A DNA stretch of 64,000 nucleotides from Basidiobolus meristosporus CBS 931.73. Taxonomy: Eukaryota > Fungi > Basidiobolomycota. The DNA lies in the NCBI GenBank assembly GCA_002104905.1, contig MCFE01000051.1, positions 124,001 through 188,000 on the forward strand, in the 5' to 3' direction. The notes under the pieces are model-generated. The model saw nothing but the letters and a program-made list of their open reading frames with translations, searched no databases and had not been told where the DNA came from. A program made the position numbers and the translations under genes. Positions 10,675-23,200 of this stretch are shown here, one piece after another (within the stretch, counting starts at the first letter, position 1; each line of letters begins with the position of its first letter).

Positions 10675-13612
10675 TTACACTAATTCAAGAACCTTTATCG
10701 TTCCTTGACTATTGGCAGCTAGCATCACATTCGAGTTCTTCTTCCAGCAGACCGAACTTACGAATTGGCTAGGGTCGTCATCGGTGGACGGCTCCCCGGT
10801 GACCGGGTTCGCAGTCTTGAATTTCACGGTGACGACCGGCTGCTTGAGGTTTTTGAAGTAGGTGTACACGGAGTTGTTCTCGCTCCCGCAGGAAATCCAA
10901 TCTCCGTTCACCGCCAATCCAACGAAATTCTTTTCGTTCACATGGCCCGAGAAGGTGCGTGTGCAGGACTGGGAGTTGGTGTTCCACAGCTTGAGGGTGC
11001 TGTCGGTGGAGCTGTGGAGAGAGCTAGGTTAGAGCAAGCATCCTGTCTGAACGATGGGAAACACACGTACGCAGATATGACTTCATTCATTCCCATGAAC
11101 TTGACGTACGAAACCGCCTTGCGATGTCCCTTAAATACCATCAACGGCTCCCGCTTGTTACGTATGTCGTAATAGTGAATGTGGTGATCTGCGGATAGCA
11201 GGTGTAAGAAGCCACGTCGTCAATGGGGGGGGGAATAATTAGCACGATGTCTTACCGGCGCTGCCAAAAGCAATGTGATAGCTGGATTCCGGGTTGAATT
11301 TCACGCAACATATGTTGGCCTTGGACTCTATCGTCAGGATGGATTTTTTCTGGTTGGTGGACCATATTTTGACTGGTCAGGCTGGGTTAGTGCTGAATCC
11401 TGGTTGAGGCGGTGTTGCTTGGGGGTTTACCTTTAGTGTCGTCACTGCCACTAGCGAGCCGAGTGGGATCGGTCTTTGAAAAATCGACGCTCCAAGCTCG
11501 CTTTTCGTGCTCATCAAAAATCCTCGTTTGCGTGCCAGTGTTCACGTCCCAAAGCATCACTATTCCTTCGTAGTCGGAGCTAACAATTTGTGACTTGATA
11601 TATGGGTTCCATGAGAGACAGCTGCGAGTGAGGTTGTGGCTTTAGCCAAGCTGTGGTTTTACCTAACATCAAGGGAAACGTCACGAACCTGATCTTGCTT
11701 CGACAGACCATCTCACGGATGGGATAGTGCATCACCGTATTGCCACCGTCATCCCTGCCCCAATCGATTGTGTCCGTGGTGCAGCCGGCCACGCCGGAGG
11801 CCAGGTTCCCAAATTCGAAGATCTTGATCTTCTTGGTGACTCCGGCGGTAGCAAAGTACTCGTCATCACGATCGAATTCGATGCTGGAGACTATCGAGGA
11901 AGTGTTGAAAATATCGCCATATCGTAGCGTCGATAGCTCGCGGAAGCTAGAGTAGCGTGTAAATTTACTCAGGGTAGATGTGAACTGAGTCAATGAGTGT
12001 GGAGAGCCGTTATCTATGAAAGGCGACGATTAGAGCACTGCGCGTCCGATAGGGCTATAGCGGACTTGCTTTACCTTCGAATCGGTGTCCGAAGTAACAC
12101 TCTTGCAAGTCGTCAAAATGCTCAGAAACCCGCTTTTTCTGAAGGGCCGGAAACTTGACCATAGGGGACTTTCCATCTTGGGCGTTCGACATACTGCAAG
12201 CGGCAGGAGAAGAGTTAGAATGGAGTCGGGAGCATGGGTTGCGCGCATGAAGTGGAGTACCTTTCAATCAACTCAGATACGGCAGCGGCCGAGAGCGTTT
12301 CTACGTTCTGGTAGATATGATGGTTAGCGATGGAGGGGAACGTGGCCAAACTCCACTTCCATACCTTGTAACTTCTCTTCTTTGGCTCAAGTACAGCATC
12401 CTTGTCTTCAGCTTTAATGATCGGAACCTGGGCTCCTTCATTTGCGTCGCCCAGGGTTTCCTGCAAGTTCACCAACGTTGATATTTCATTCCTAGCAAAG
12501 CCGATGTCGTCGTTGATGAATTGGAGTTCCTTCTGTAATCGTGACAACGACTAGCCACAAAATCAAAGGAGGATTACTATTGTGCTCTGGCCTTGAGGTT
12601 AGTGTTGGTGGGCATGCGTGTACCTCTTCTTTGCGCGATTTGGCTTTCTGAAGGAAGTCCAGTAGAACCTCGTACTCGACTCGCCTCTTCTGAGACTCCA
12701 GCTGTCTCTTTTTATCGACGAGCGTGGTCATCAGCTGGTTCAAATCTGGAGCAAGATGGTTAAGGATCGCCGAGCTTCGATTACTGGGGAATGACCAAGA
12801 AACGAACCTTCGACCCCCCACTCATTATCATTCATGATTGAATGCTTCAGATGGTCAAGGGGAGAGTTTGCGCTTTGGGCAGCGGCCCCCGCGGTCTTTT
12901 CTAAGAAACGGTTGACTAAAATAAACCAGAAGTTCAGACCCATGCCTTTGTTGGGGCTTCAACACTGAATAGAGAGTACGTAGGAAATTCGGGTAGATCT
13001 GGTCTCGATTCAGAGGCTGCTTGCAAGTGGGGCAGTCGCTTTTGTGCTCTAAATGCTCGACTATACAGAGATAGCTAACAGACCAACATCAGTACGGGCT
13101 TGCTACGTTTTAGAAACCAAGAAGATGTACCAAAATGAATGACCACAACGAGTCATAAACGCCTCCTTGATAACCTGTAGACATATGGGGCTATGGGCAG
13201 ATTAATACTTGTGTGCTGGTTGTGGAAGCGCAGGGACTCACCACAGGAAATCGTTGTCCTTTGCAATTTTATCTATCTCGAATTTCGCCATTCTTGCTGC
13301 GATGTTGTAGGCGGATTCACTGGGAGGAGCGTTGGAATTCTCTTGGTTGGCTGGATTAAGAGAGGAATCGGCCTTTTGTTTGGAGGAGCTCTCGGGCTTG
13401 GGAGCCAGGCGGGATCTTTTGTTAGGTCTATCAAACCCGTTTAAGGGCACAAAATTCATGGAAGTAGATAGGGGCTGTGGCTCACTCCAGTGCTGTACTC
13501 TAGGTTGTTGTGGAGGTTGTTGTCTTGAGGAACTTCCCGAAGCTCTGGATGCTGAAGGGGAACTGCTTTGAACATTCTCAGTTTGCTTTGGCGAGTTGGG
13601 CACAGAGGACAT
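10675..13612 (-). CDS. COP1: COP1/RFWD2 RING-coiled coil-WD40 E3 ubiquitin ligase; many exons
   Basis: Spliced [57 protein letters not shown], coiled coil, WD40 [81 protein letters not shown]. Confidence 0.95.
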
Positions 13613-14372
13613 ATCGAGGGCAGCTCTTGATTAAGAACAGGAATGTATTATCCGATGAGCCTGTGAGAAAGTTGAGCAAATGGCGAGGAGAAAACTCTCG
13701 TTGAACAAAGATATCTCTGACAAGTAGGAGTTGTTGCAAAAATCTGCACAGCCAGAGGAACAAGGGAGTACGTATCCAAAACTGTCAGTGCTTCTAAAAC
13801 GGCAAAGTCACTATGTAAACAGTCAAAAAGGGTTGAGCGGGTTCTATCCCTCACAATGATGAATTTTTTGAAATTGAAGTAAATTGAGGTAAATTGAGGC
13901 ATATTGTCACATCGATTTGTATTCTTTATCCCTCCCCCCATTCGTAAGTAGGAGGGGTGACAGGGGGAGAATGTTCTCTTAGGGAGTGGCTCTAGCTGAC
14001 CTTTTTTTGCAATCATGGAATTGATTCCAAACCCTAAGTACAAGTGAGATGATTGCCACCGCAGCCCTAACCCTAACTAGTGCTATACGCGCAGCGCGGC
14101 CTTTTCGGGATGTCGTTATCGAATGTCAATATTGAGGAATTAATAATAAATAAATTCATTGCCGTTCGATTGCCGCTCGATCGCTGAATAATCAGATGTT
14201 GGGAATGCTTGATCAGACAATCCTGTTGATAGTTCAAATGTGAAAGAATTTGGTTAGTGGCTCCGCAGCATGGCCGACTTGATAAAAGGATGGGCCCTGC
14301 CACTCGAGGTGGAGGTGTTTTCGACCGTCCTAGAAGAGTGACCGGTAGCCTCCATTGCTCCTAGTAAACGTT

Positions 14373-15893
14373 ATGACCAATGACGAGCAAGATGATAATT
14401 ACTATCTGAGGGAAGAGGAAGTGTTGGCGGTAGAAGTAAGTCCAGACAGTCTGCTCCTAGCAAATGCAATTTTCTGATCTCTAATGGAACCGACCTTCCA
14501 CCTCAGTCCATTTACGAAACTGCTTTCTCTTACAACAAATCGCCAGAAGGCATATATTCCGGAAGTCTCTCCATCAATGTAGAGGTAGACTGCCCAGTTG
14601 AGCTGAAAATAGCCGGGGAAGAGCAGCTAAGCCTGCAATATCTGACCCCAGTTTCGCTTAATTTCACCTTACCTAAAGAGTACCCTGAGGCTCAACCCGA
14701 GTATAATCTATCCTGCCTGTGGTTAACGAAGGAGCAGCTGAATACTGTGAGCGAACAGCTGGACAATATCTGGGAAATGGAGCGCAGTGTGGTTAGTTTA
14801 TTCTTGGTGGATTTCCTGGAAAACAGCACGGTTGTACTCATCCCGAGCGTTGCCTGCACAGATCTTGTTCACCTTTGCCGATTACATACAACATAATTTG
14901 TTGGGCCTACTCGACATTCAATTCCCGCTATTTTTGGAAGCAGGTGAGCACTTGAAAACGATCCAACCTATGGGCGCACTGTGGGAACTAACCGATAATG
15001 TGCTATCACCAGAGACCGGTCGAGCGGTGGCCGAGCAGCTCATCCGGTACGACCAGGAAAGACGAAACAAGGATTTCTTTCACGGATATTACGATTGTAA
15101 CATCTGTTTCGAGGAGAAAAGAGGAGAATATTGCGTACAGCTAGACCAGTGCAGACACGTATTCTGCCTAAACTGCTTACGTGGATACTTCGAGATGCTG
15201 ATTGAGGAAGGCATGGTCATGACCGTCCGATGCCCGCACCTGGACTGTAGAAAATCACAGCATCGACTGTCCGAAGCCACCCTTCGGCGGATCGTGGGCA
15301 GCCAGTTCTACGAACGGTACGACAAGCTCTACAACAAACAGCTGCTTGACGCCGACCCGAACGTCATCTGGTGCCCAAGGTTGGATTGCCAGGCTCCAGT
15401 GAGGAAGGAGAGCGAGACGGAAAAGCTGTGCATCTGCACGAAGTGCGGATTTGCCTTCTGTCAGTACTGTAACAAAACGTGGCACGGTTCGAAGGTGTTT
15501 TGTCAGGTGGAAAATAGCAATAGAGTTGTACAGGAGTATATGGCGGCCACCGAATACGTCAAGGGGATCATGGAGATGCGCTATGGCAAGAAGCATTTGA
15601 CCAGCCTGATTCGAAATTACCTGGAACATATGGAGACGCAGAAATGGCTACGGTCGAATGCCATGCCTTGCCCAAGCTGCAACACCAGCATCGAGAAAAC
15701 CCATGGATGCAATCACATGAAGTGCGTCGTCTGTAGCTCCCATTTCTGCTACCTCTGTGGGTCGATCATCGACAAAGACAACCCGTACAAGCACTTCAAC
15801 GCACAGAATAGTGGCTGCCACATGTTGCTCTTCGAGGGTGTAGAGATCGACGAGCCCTTGGAGCTAGATGATTTTCTGTTCGAGGAGATGTAA
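14373..15893 (+). CDS. RWD-RBR E3 ubiquitin ligase (RNF14/Itt1-like); two introns near the 5' end
   Basis: EEEVLAVESIY plus FTLPKEYPE (RWD-like), RING1 CNICF...CRHVFCLNC...CPHLDC, IBR WCPRLDC...CTKCGFAFCQYC, RING2 CPSC...GCNHMKCVVCSSHFCYLC. Confidence 0.92.
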
Positions 15894-16098
15894 TATGCCA
15901 AGACCCCACATTCGATGTATATTAGTCTAATCCAATGGCACTTAATTCACTTCCAGACACCCATTCTATTAAACCCCGCCATGCTCACAATGAAAGATTT
16001 GGTTCAACGAATATTATTGGGACGGCCACAGGAGACATTAGGCCTTGGCATGAGATGAGGACACTGTGTTACGAGTATATTGAGGGTTGACGATCTAT

Positions 16099-16737
16099 CT
16101 ACATGAACAGCATCGGTAGATTTCCCACACCAGAGGCAACGCTGGTAACCATGACCGAGTTCTCGATTGCCATTTGATCCTTCTCGAGGGATGTGGCCAG
16201 CCTTTTCCGTATCTCATGGAAGGTGAGGCCCTCCCACTCTGCTTTCTGGAGCACCCGGAAGCCGGTCGTAATTAGGAGGGAGATCAGGGCCGAGGTGACG
16301 TTGGGCTTGCCCTTGGGGAGGTAGACATGAGCGGAGCCAATGCTCATGCCGTAGGTAGGACTGATCATCGCTATGGTGACTCCCTTGTTGGAGTAACAAC
16401 GGAGCACGTCGTCCGTCTCCAGGACCCAGGTGTAGTAATTGGATTCGTACGAGAACGAGGCTCGGAACTTCCGAGGCTCCCAGTTGAGCTTGACGTTGGC
16501 GTATTGAAAGTGCTCGCTGGACAGATGGAAGCTCACGCCGTTGATTTGTGCTGTACATTGCCATAGTTGGTCCCGGCCGTTCTCGGCGTAAAGGACATCC
16601 TGGTCCTGTGAAAGACTCTGAAACTTGCAAAGTATCGAGTCGTCGCTAGTTCGACGAACGTCATACACGTTACGGAACAACCGCTTGGTAACTACAAGCT
16701 CTTCCAAGCCCATGGCCATGGCAGCGATATACAGCAT
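16099..16737 (-). CDS. Hypothetical protein (212 aa), weakly reminiscent of tubby-like/LURP-one/DUF6593 beta-rich proteins
   Basis: Intronless ORF with coding-like C/G-ending codons. RKFRASFSYESNYYTWV-type strand pattern. Family assignment unverified. Confidence 0.6.
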   Translation of the reverse strand: MLYIAAMAMGLEELVVTKRLFRNVYDVRRTSDDSILCKFQSLSQDQDVLYAENGRDQLWQCTAQINGVSFHLSSEHFQYANVKLNWEPRKFRASFSYESNYYTWVLETDDVLRCYSNKGVTIAMISPTYGMSIGSAHVYLPKGKPNVTSALISLLITTGFRVLQKAEWEGLTFHEIRKRLATSLEKDQMAIENSVMVTSVASGVGNLPMLFM

Positions 16738-17544
16738 CTCGAAGGGAGGTTAAAAGCGCAGTAAAGCCAGCGTTACTCGTTAATTAGATTAGCTAAAAGG
16801 AGGGGGTCTAAAAGTACAAAGAGGGCCGCGCGAGGAGTGGTATTAAAGGATAGAGTGAAATAGAAGTCCACCGCTGGCACTGCGAATGTGTATAAATAGG
16901 AAATCAGCGGATCACAGTATGGCCGTGGCTTAAGCTCGCCGAAGGGACATGTTACATGCGAAGCTATTAATGTAACATCACAAGCGGAATATGAGTCCAA
17001 TTCTATCCACATTAGAGCACTACATCCACGGAGCCAATACTTCACCAGCTTAGCATATTTATTATTGCTGTGTAGCATTAACAGGAAAAACTCGACCCAA
17101 ATTTTCCGTCACATGTCGTACAAGGTAAATACGTGCTACCTCAAACAAGCTACAAACCGGTTTCTGGAGAATAAGCACCAACGCATATTGATTGAGTGAT
17201 GAGCGTATATATGCCTCGAAATTGGTGGGTAAATGCGCATTTGTAGCCAGCGTGGAGGCAGGGGAGTACCATATGCTCATTAGCCATCTTGGGTTAGCAA
17301 CATGCTTGTTCAACTATGATCTAATGCGAATGGCACGGAGACGAGTGGTAGCCGCTATCGTTCCACTGGGTTGTATGCCTCACCAGTCGTGGTAAACAAG
17401 CCAGGAAATCCAGCGCTGGTTAGCATGAACCAACCACCTACGTAGGATCGAGGATGCAAGACTCGTGTAACTTGTCTGACAGCGTATCATATGATCCATT
17501 GGTTATATTGGGCAATGTTAATTGATGAGGATAATGCAACATGA

Positions 17545-18150
17545 TTGCAGCTTGTTCTCCAACACGATCCTGTAACGAGCCTTTCCATCGCGGACTCGCT
17601 GAAGGTCTTCGTTGACCTTGTGCATGATGAGTTTCTCAATCATGGGACGGATATTGTGCTTGGTGGAGAATTCCAGGGTGGCCCTCTGGTCCGCGATGGA
17701 GCCAATGATACTGCCGGCGAGGATGAGGTTTTTGGGAATCAAACTCAGGGGCTGAACTTGACGTCGTCGGGAAGCGCGAGCAGGATGATCTTTTCGAATG
17801 CGTCCAACAGGTTGGAGTACTTGTCGTATGGTGCGTCGGAGGTGAAGAACAGGCAGTCTAGGGAGTGGGCTGCTTTGCTCGCATCCTTGACACCCCTCAA
17901 AACAAAGTGGGTGGCACCGGGTCTCTTCGCCTTTTCCTTCCTGTTGGTTGAGGTGGAGATGGCGGTTACCTCGGCACCCAGAGCCTTGACATATTGAAGG
18001 ACAAGATGGCCAGCCTTCACACCATGCCTTCTCATGGGCGCGAACACTGTAACACCGGTACGAAGGGCGGGGCAACCTCTGCAGACTCGGGGATTTTAAA
18101 CGCATTGTGGGAAAGCACACGGATGCTCTTGGTCTATCCACCGCGTTTGG
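17545..18150 (-). pseudogene. Zn-dependent NADP alcohol dehydrogenase (CAD/Adh6-like) pseudogene
   Basis: Homology across frames: RGG*TKSIRVLSHNAFKIPESAEVAP / RTGVTVFAPMRRHGVKAG^HLVLQYVKALGAEVTAISTS...GATHFV / LSLIPKNLILAGSIIGS...NIRPMIEK...DGKARYRIVL. Lesions: TAG at 18134-18136, frameshifts near 18062 and 17750, deletion of the GxGGxG motif near 18010. Confidence 0.88.
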
Positions 18151-18670
18151 GTTGTTCTGGAAATGGGAACTCGGTTATTCGGGTCAACAAGGGCTGTATT
18201 GTCGTGATTGGCATGGAGTATTTCTTCAATTAGATCAAGCACATGGAATTGTCAAGAACGATAAGATGAAAAATAGCCCAGATATCTTGTCACCAAACTG
18301 GAGCCAGTACAGTGCATCCATTGATCAAATACAGAGGCTGGAATGGGGATCAGGATCAGTCCGTGCCACGCCTACCCGCAACTTGCTGTGGTGACCAAGG
18401 TGCAGTCGATTTGTACCTGTTGTTGGTGGCCGACTGTACCAAAATCGCACATGAAACGCCAAAACAATGGGAATATCATCCTCTGACCTCGGTGTAACGA
18501 AGACTGCTTGGCCGATCGGAGACTAAGTTACATCGATGTCCAATCCCAGGATTTATTAAGCCGGTGTTACCAACAGCACGCTCAAGTCTCTTCTATATCG
18601 AATCCGCTGCGTATTCCCTTTGATTTCATATCGAGAGGAGAGCCATTGTTAGTACAAATCACATTCACCA

Positions 18671-19873
18671 ATGGAGAGCTCCATGTTCATTCTATTGCTT
18701 TGGAGCATCAGCTCGGTCCTTGGAAACCAGACCCACCCACCCCAATCCACATCTCTGCCGACACTACCTTCCGGCTCCTTGCCCATTGGTGTCCTGGCTC
18801 CTCTGAACCCCGTAGCCATCAAGCAGATTGACTTCTCCCAGGTTCCCAACATCCCGGTCAAGGTCCCGGGTGCCGGGACATGTCCTGGGGTATGCCAGCC
18901 AGATGGCTGCGAGAACTGTTGGGAATCATGTGGGGTCTGCAAGAGACAGACTGATATCTGGTCTTGTCCAATACCCAACAACCTGGGACTTACCTTTGAC
19001 GACGGCCCAGGGTGAGTGAGAGGGTTTGCGAAGTATCCTGTGCAATTGGAGCTAAACGATCATTTCACTTCCTCTAGATCTGACACACCCAAGCTTTTGG
19101 ATATTTTAGCCGCCGAAGGGGTCAAAGCGACCTTCTGCGTCATTGGCGTGCTCCTGCAAAGCCCCACCCACGCGGAGACGATGCGTAGGATCTACAAAGA
19201 GGGACACACGATCTGCTCCCATACCTGGTCACATCCTCACCTGATGTCGCTAACGAACGAGCAGATCGTCTCCGAATTGAAAGCTACCGAGGATATCATT
19301 GTCAAGACGATCGGCGTGAAGCCAAGATACCTCCGACCACCCTGTAAGAGCAACATGATCCCTGCAATGTACGTCTGAAATAACTCACCCCATCTGTTTA
19401 CCTAGTCGGTGAAGTGGACGACCGAGTCCGTGCGATAGCGGAGGCCATGGGCTACAAAATACTGATGTGGAATCTGTAAGTCACTTTACGCTACCCCATT
19501 CCATTTGAACCAAACCAACCAAATGTCTAGAGACACGCTGGATTGGAAGTTCTGGCAGACCAATGCTAGCGCCATCGGTGATTCAGTTCAGCAGAACCTC
19601 GCAGCGTTGAGTAACCCGACCCGGAGTTGGGTAACGTTGATGCACGATATCTATTCTGCCTCCGTTTCGCAAGTCCCCGCCATGATCCACACCGCCAAAC
19701 AAATGGGCCTGGGCCTCCAGTCGGCTGGCCAATGCCTGGGGGATCCTTGGGTGCCAGTACAAGACGCTGTAAATCGAACCCAGACTACCAAGTCATCCAG
19801 CTCAAAGATCCTCACATTGCCAAGTTCCATGTACTGGTCAATATTGTTTATCTATGCTGTATACACTCACTAG
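18671..19873 (+). CDS. Chitin deacetylase / polysaccharide deacetylase (CE4, NodB), secreted, probably GPI-anchored; 3 introns
   Basis: Signal peptide, Cys-rich N-region, TFDDGP, HTWSHPHL, RPPFG (intron-split), DTLDW, LMHD, S/T-rich then hydrophobic C-terminus. Confidence 0.93.
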
Positions 19874-20290
19874 ACTGCAAGGACCTCCTCGGACATTTCA
19901 AAATTCCCCCGAAATCAGCCGCAACTAGCAAGGTGGGCAGAGCTCCCGAAGAGCGAAGCTCTCAACTGCCGCCGGACGAGTCTCCATCCTGCTTGTTTGT
20001 GCGCATGGTGACGACATCCTCGGTGTATACGAGGATCAATAATTTTATTGCAATAAAGCACGATACAAGTAGCATGACTATGTGTGGTGTATCTCCGCCG
20101 GTTGAATGCGGGGAACAATCATTATGTGTACAGAGGGTGGAGGGGGGGGGTTGTTCAAAGTGAGATTACAAGGAATGCAAAATTAGAGAAAGGGAATGAC
20201 GGCGGACAGATCGGGGATTCTCCTCTATGGGAAAGGGAAGGCATGAGTATTTGAGAGTGTGTATCGATCAGGGGAAAGCCTCGGCCGGGC

Positions 20291-23200
20291 CTACTTCGTT
20301 TTGAAATAAAAGTCCGGATTCCCCCAGTAACAGGTAATCGTGTTCTCATTGATGGTATTTGGATCGGAGGATTCAAACACCCTAGGCTTCGAGAACAGGG
20401 TTACCTTCGGGGGCTGAATAATAGCCTTGCGCTGAATGGCGCCCCGTGAGAGTAACACCTGCAGGATGTCTTGTAGCTCACACCGGGACATCACCAAGGC
20501 AAATTTCCTATGGATGTTCGATTCGTACACGCCAGGCTTCTGGATGATATAGCCAAGTACCGCCTCCGAGCAGGCCCGTAGGACGGTCTCTACCGTGTTA
20601 CCGTTGATGTCGTACCACATCCGGGCTGGCGCATACCTATGAACTGTGATCCGGGAAAACGGGTCACGGACTCTAGGGGACCGCTCTAATGAAGAGAAAT
20701 CCAATTCTGGTGCAGGCGTTCCTGTAGATCGTATTGGGGTTTGGCTTCTGGAATAGGAGCAGACGGTTCGCTGTGCTGTGTCCACCATCCAGAAAGAGAG
20801 GAACTCTTGGGTGACATATCTAAATGTGTTGAATCCAACGCGCCCGATCAGAGGGGGTGAGGCCGATTCAAGTTTTCCGAGATATGCTTGAAGTATGGCA
20901 TCATCCATAACGATGTCCTCATTTTTGATGGCCTTTGCCAAAGACAGTAGTGTGATCCCAAGCTTCCCACTGGTCTTGATACAGTCGAACACACGCTGTA
21001 CGTTGAATCGGTCCTCGTCGACCTCATATTGGCTCTTAACTTCTTCGATAAGGAGATTCTCGTCTATATCCGATGAATCGTCTATGGAGGGAGTAATGAA
21101 GGAGGACTTGTACCTTTTGGGGGTTGGGCTGTCGATGCTGTGGGAATCCTCTAGTGGACGTTTTCTAGTCAGGTTGACTGTGCCCGGGATGGCTTTGATC
21201 GGGCTTGGTGTCTGCTCATCTATTTCGGCGATCCTTTCGACAATGGGAGTAATGCACACGGAGAAATCCAGTCTTCGATGGTCGATTTTCCGACTCTTAT
21301 GATTGGGGACAATTTGCGCCTCATTCACCGACTCTGGATATACCGGTGAAAGGGTGATTTTGGAGTTAGACAGCAGGTTCAGCAAACAGGCCATCGTTCC
21401 ACTGTTGGCCAAAGGAGAGAATACCAGGGGACCTTTGATATGGTGATGGAAAGCTGTGGCTTGAGGAAGCATTCTCTCCGGGAAAGTTCCAGTCAAGACG
21501 GAGAGGAACTTGTCTGACACATGAAATCCGCGTCCGGGGATTCGTCTATTGAACCCTCCCTTGACTTTCACAATAGTTCCCGCTTCTTTGGCATCTTCCA
21601 AGGCCTCAACAATCTGATTGTGGGGGAAGATGTTCAGTATGGAGAACGCGTGTGAGGAGTCGTACTGATCTTCAGGGGTCATTAGGATCATCTTCACCAA
21701 GGCCTTGATAAGTTCCCTTTGGATTTTGTTTTCATCGACGTCCTCGGACACCAAGTCCAGATTGTCGTGCAGTTTGGTGCGGAGAATAAATGGATGGGCG
21801 TACATGACTGTCATTTTACCACGGAGTGATACTGCAAATTCGACTTGATCTTCGAAGTAAACGTCTTCCCGGTGAGTGGAGGACACGTAGGATGGATCGA
21901 AGATCGACTCGAGAATGGCGGGATTTCTGGGTAGGGGATACGAAGGGATAGGGTCATGGGTCGGAAGATTGCGCAAAGCGCTCATAAAGTATTCTAGTTG
22001 CCCTTTCAAGTCGAAATCTATCATATCTACATCATCTTCGTCGACAAACGCCCCAGTCTTCAGGCCTTCATGATAAAGGGCCTCCCAGTGAATAACTAGC
22101 GAGTTGACCCTGTCCTGATTCCGAGTATTTCGGAGTAACACATTGATTCTGCGACGGCAGTTTTCACTTACACGCTCAGGAAAGACTTGGGTAATTGATG
22201 CCCAGAGAAACTTTGATCTTCGCGCACGGTATCTTAGGATGACGTACGCATGAAGCAGCATCTCATCTTCCTGGGGTGACCAGTACGAGCGGTATCTCCG
22301 CGAGATAGATTCGTACTGTGATTCGAATCTCTCCTCATCACCGATAACGGGCAGGTTCTCTTCATTCTCCATCAAACCTGGGTTGGTAATAGGCTCTTGT
22401 TGCTTCCGGAGTTTTTCGCGTTGAGACCTTCTTCCGATGGATGACTGTGACGATTCCCCAGGAGTGTTCTTTCCCCTTCTCCTGCTCTTGTTTGGAGGGG
22501 TACTGTCTGAACCAAAGGAGGCCGATGCGGCATTTTTCAAAAGCCTCTCTCGAATCGTATCCCTGCGCTTCTTTCGAAAAGCGGACTCCCCATCTGGCAT
22601 CTTTGAACTAGCGATCAGCCCTTCGTGGGTATGGTGCTTCCTCGTCGCCTCCAAGGCTGCAGATGCTTGCCTTTCACGTTTCTTCATCAGTTTGCGCTCA
22701 TGATCGTCCTGGATTCTTTTGAAGAAAAACTTCACTCGTTGGACATGCAAACTCAGCTTGGCAGCAATTTGGCGACATTTGACTTCATCTTCCAATGGAG
22801 TCAGTCCCTTCCGGCGATTAACATAAGACTCCAAGACAGATCTCTGATGGGTAGTAAACGGATATGACGATTGCCAGTTCCGAGGGTTTGTGATATGATA
22901 CAGTGGATCATTCTTGGCATCCCCATCTTCTGCTTTCTCCGCCTTACCCCGCTTGGGAGTTGATTTGGAGCCATCTTCGCCACTCTCATCCGCGCTGTCG
23001 CCGCTATTTCCGGCTTCATTGTCACTTCCGACGTTGGCTCTTTCAGCCACCTTCTGTAGTGCTACGTACTGTAGCTCGCTCCAGTATATAGTAACATCCT
23101 GTATGGTTTCCAACACATATTCACGAATGACGTTGCGATTGGCCCCCGGGAAAGAGTAGTCGAACATGCGGACGTGTAACGGCAGTTGATAAGCCGAGCT

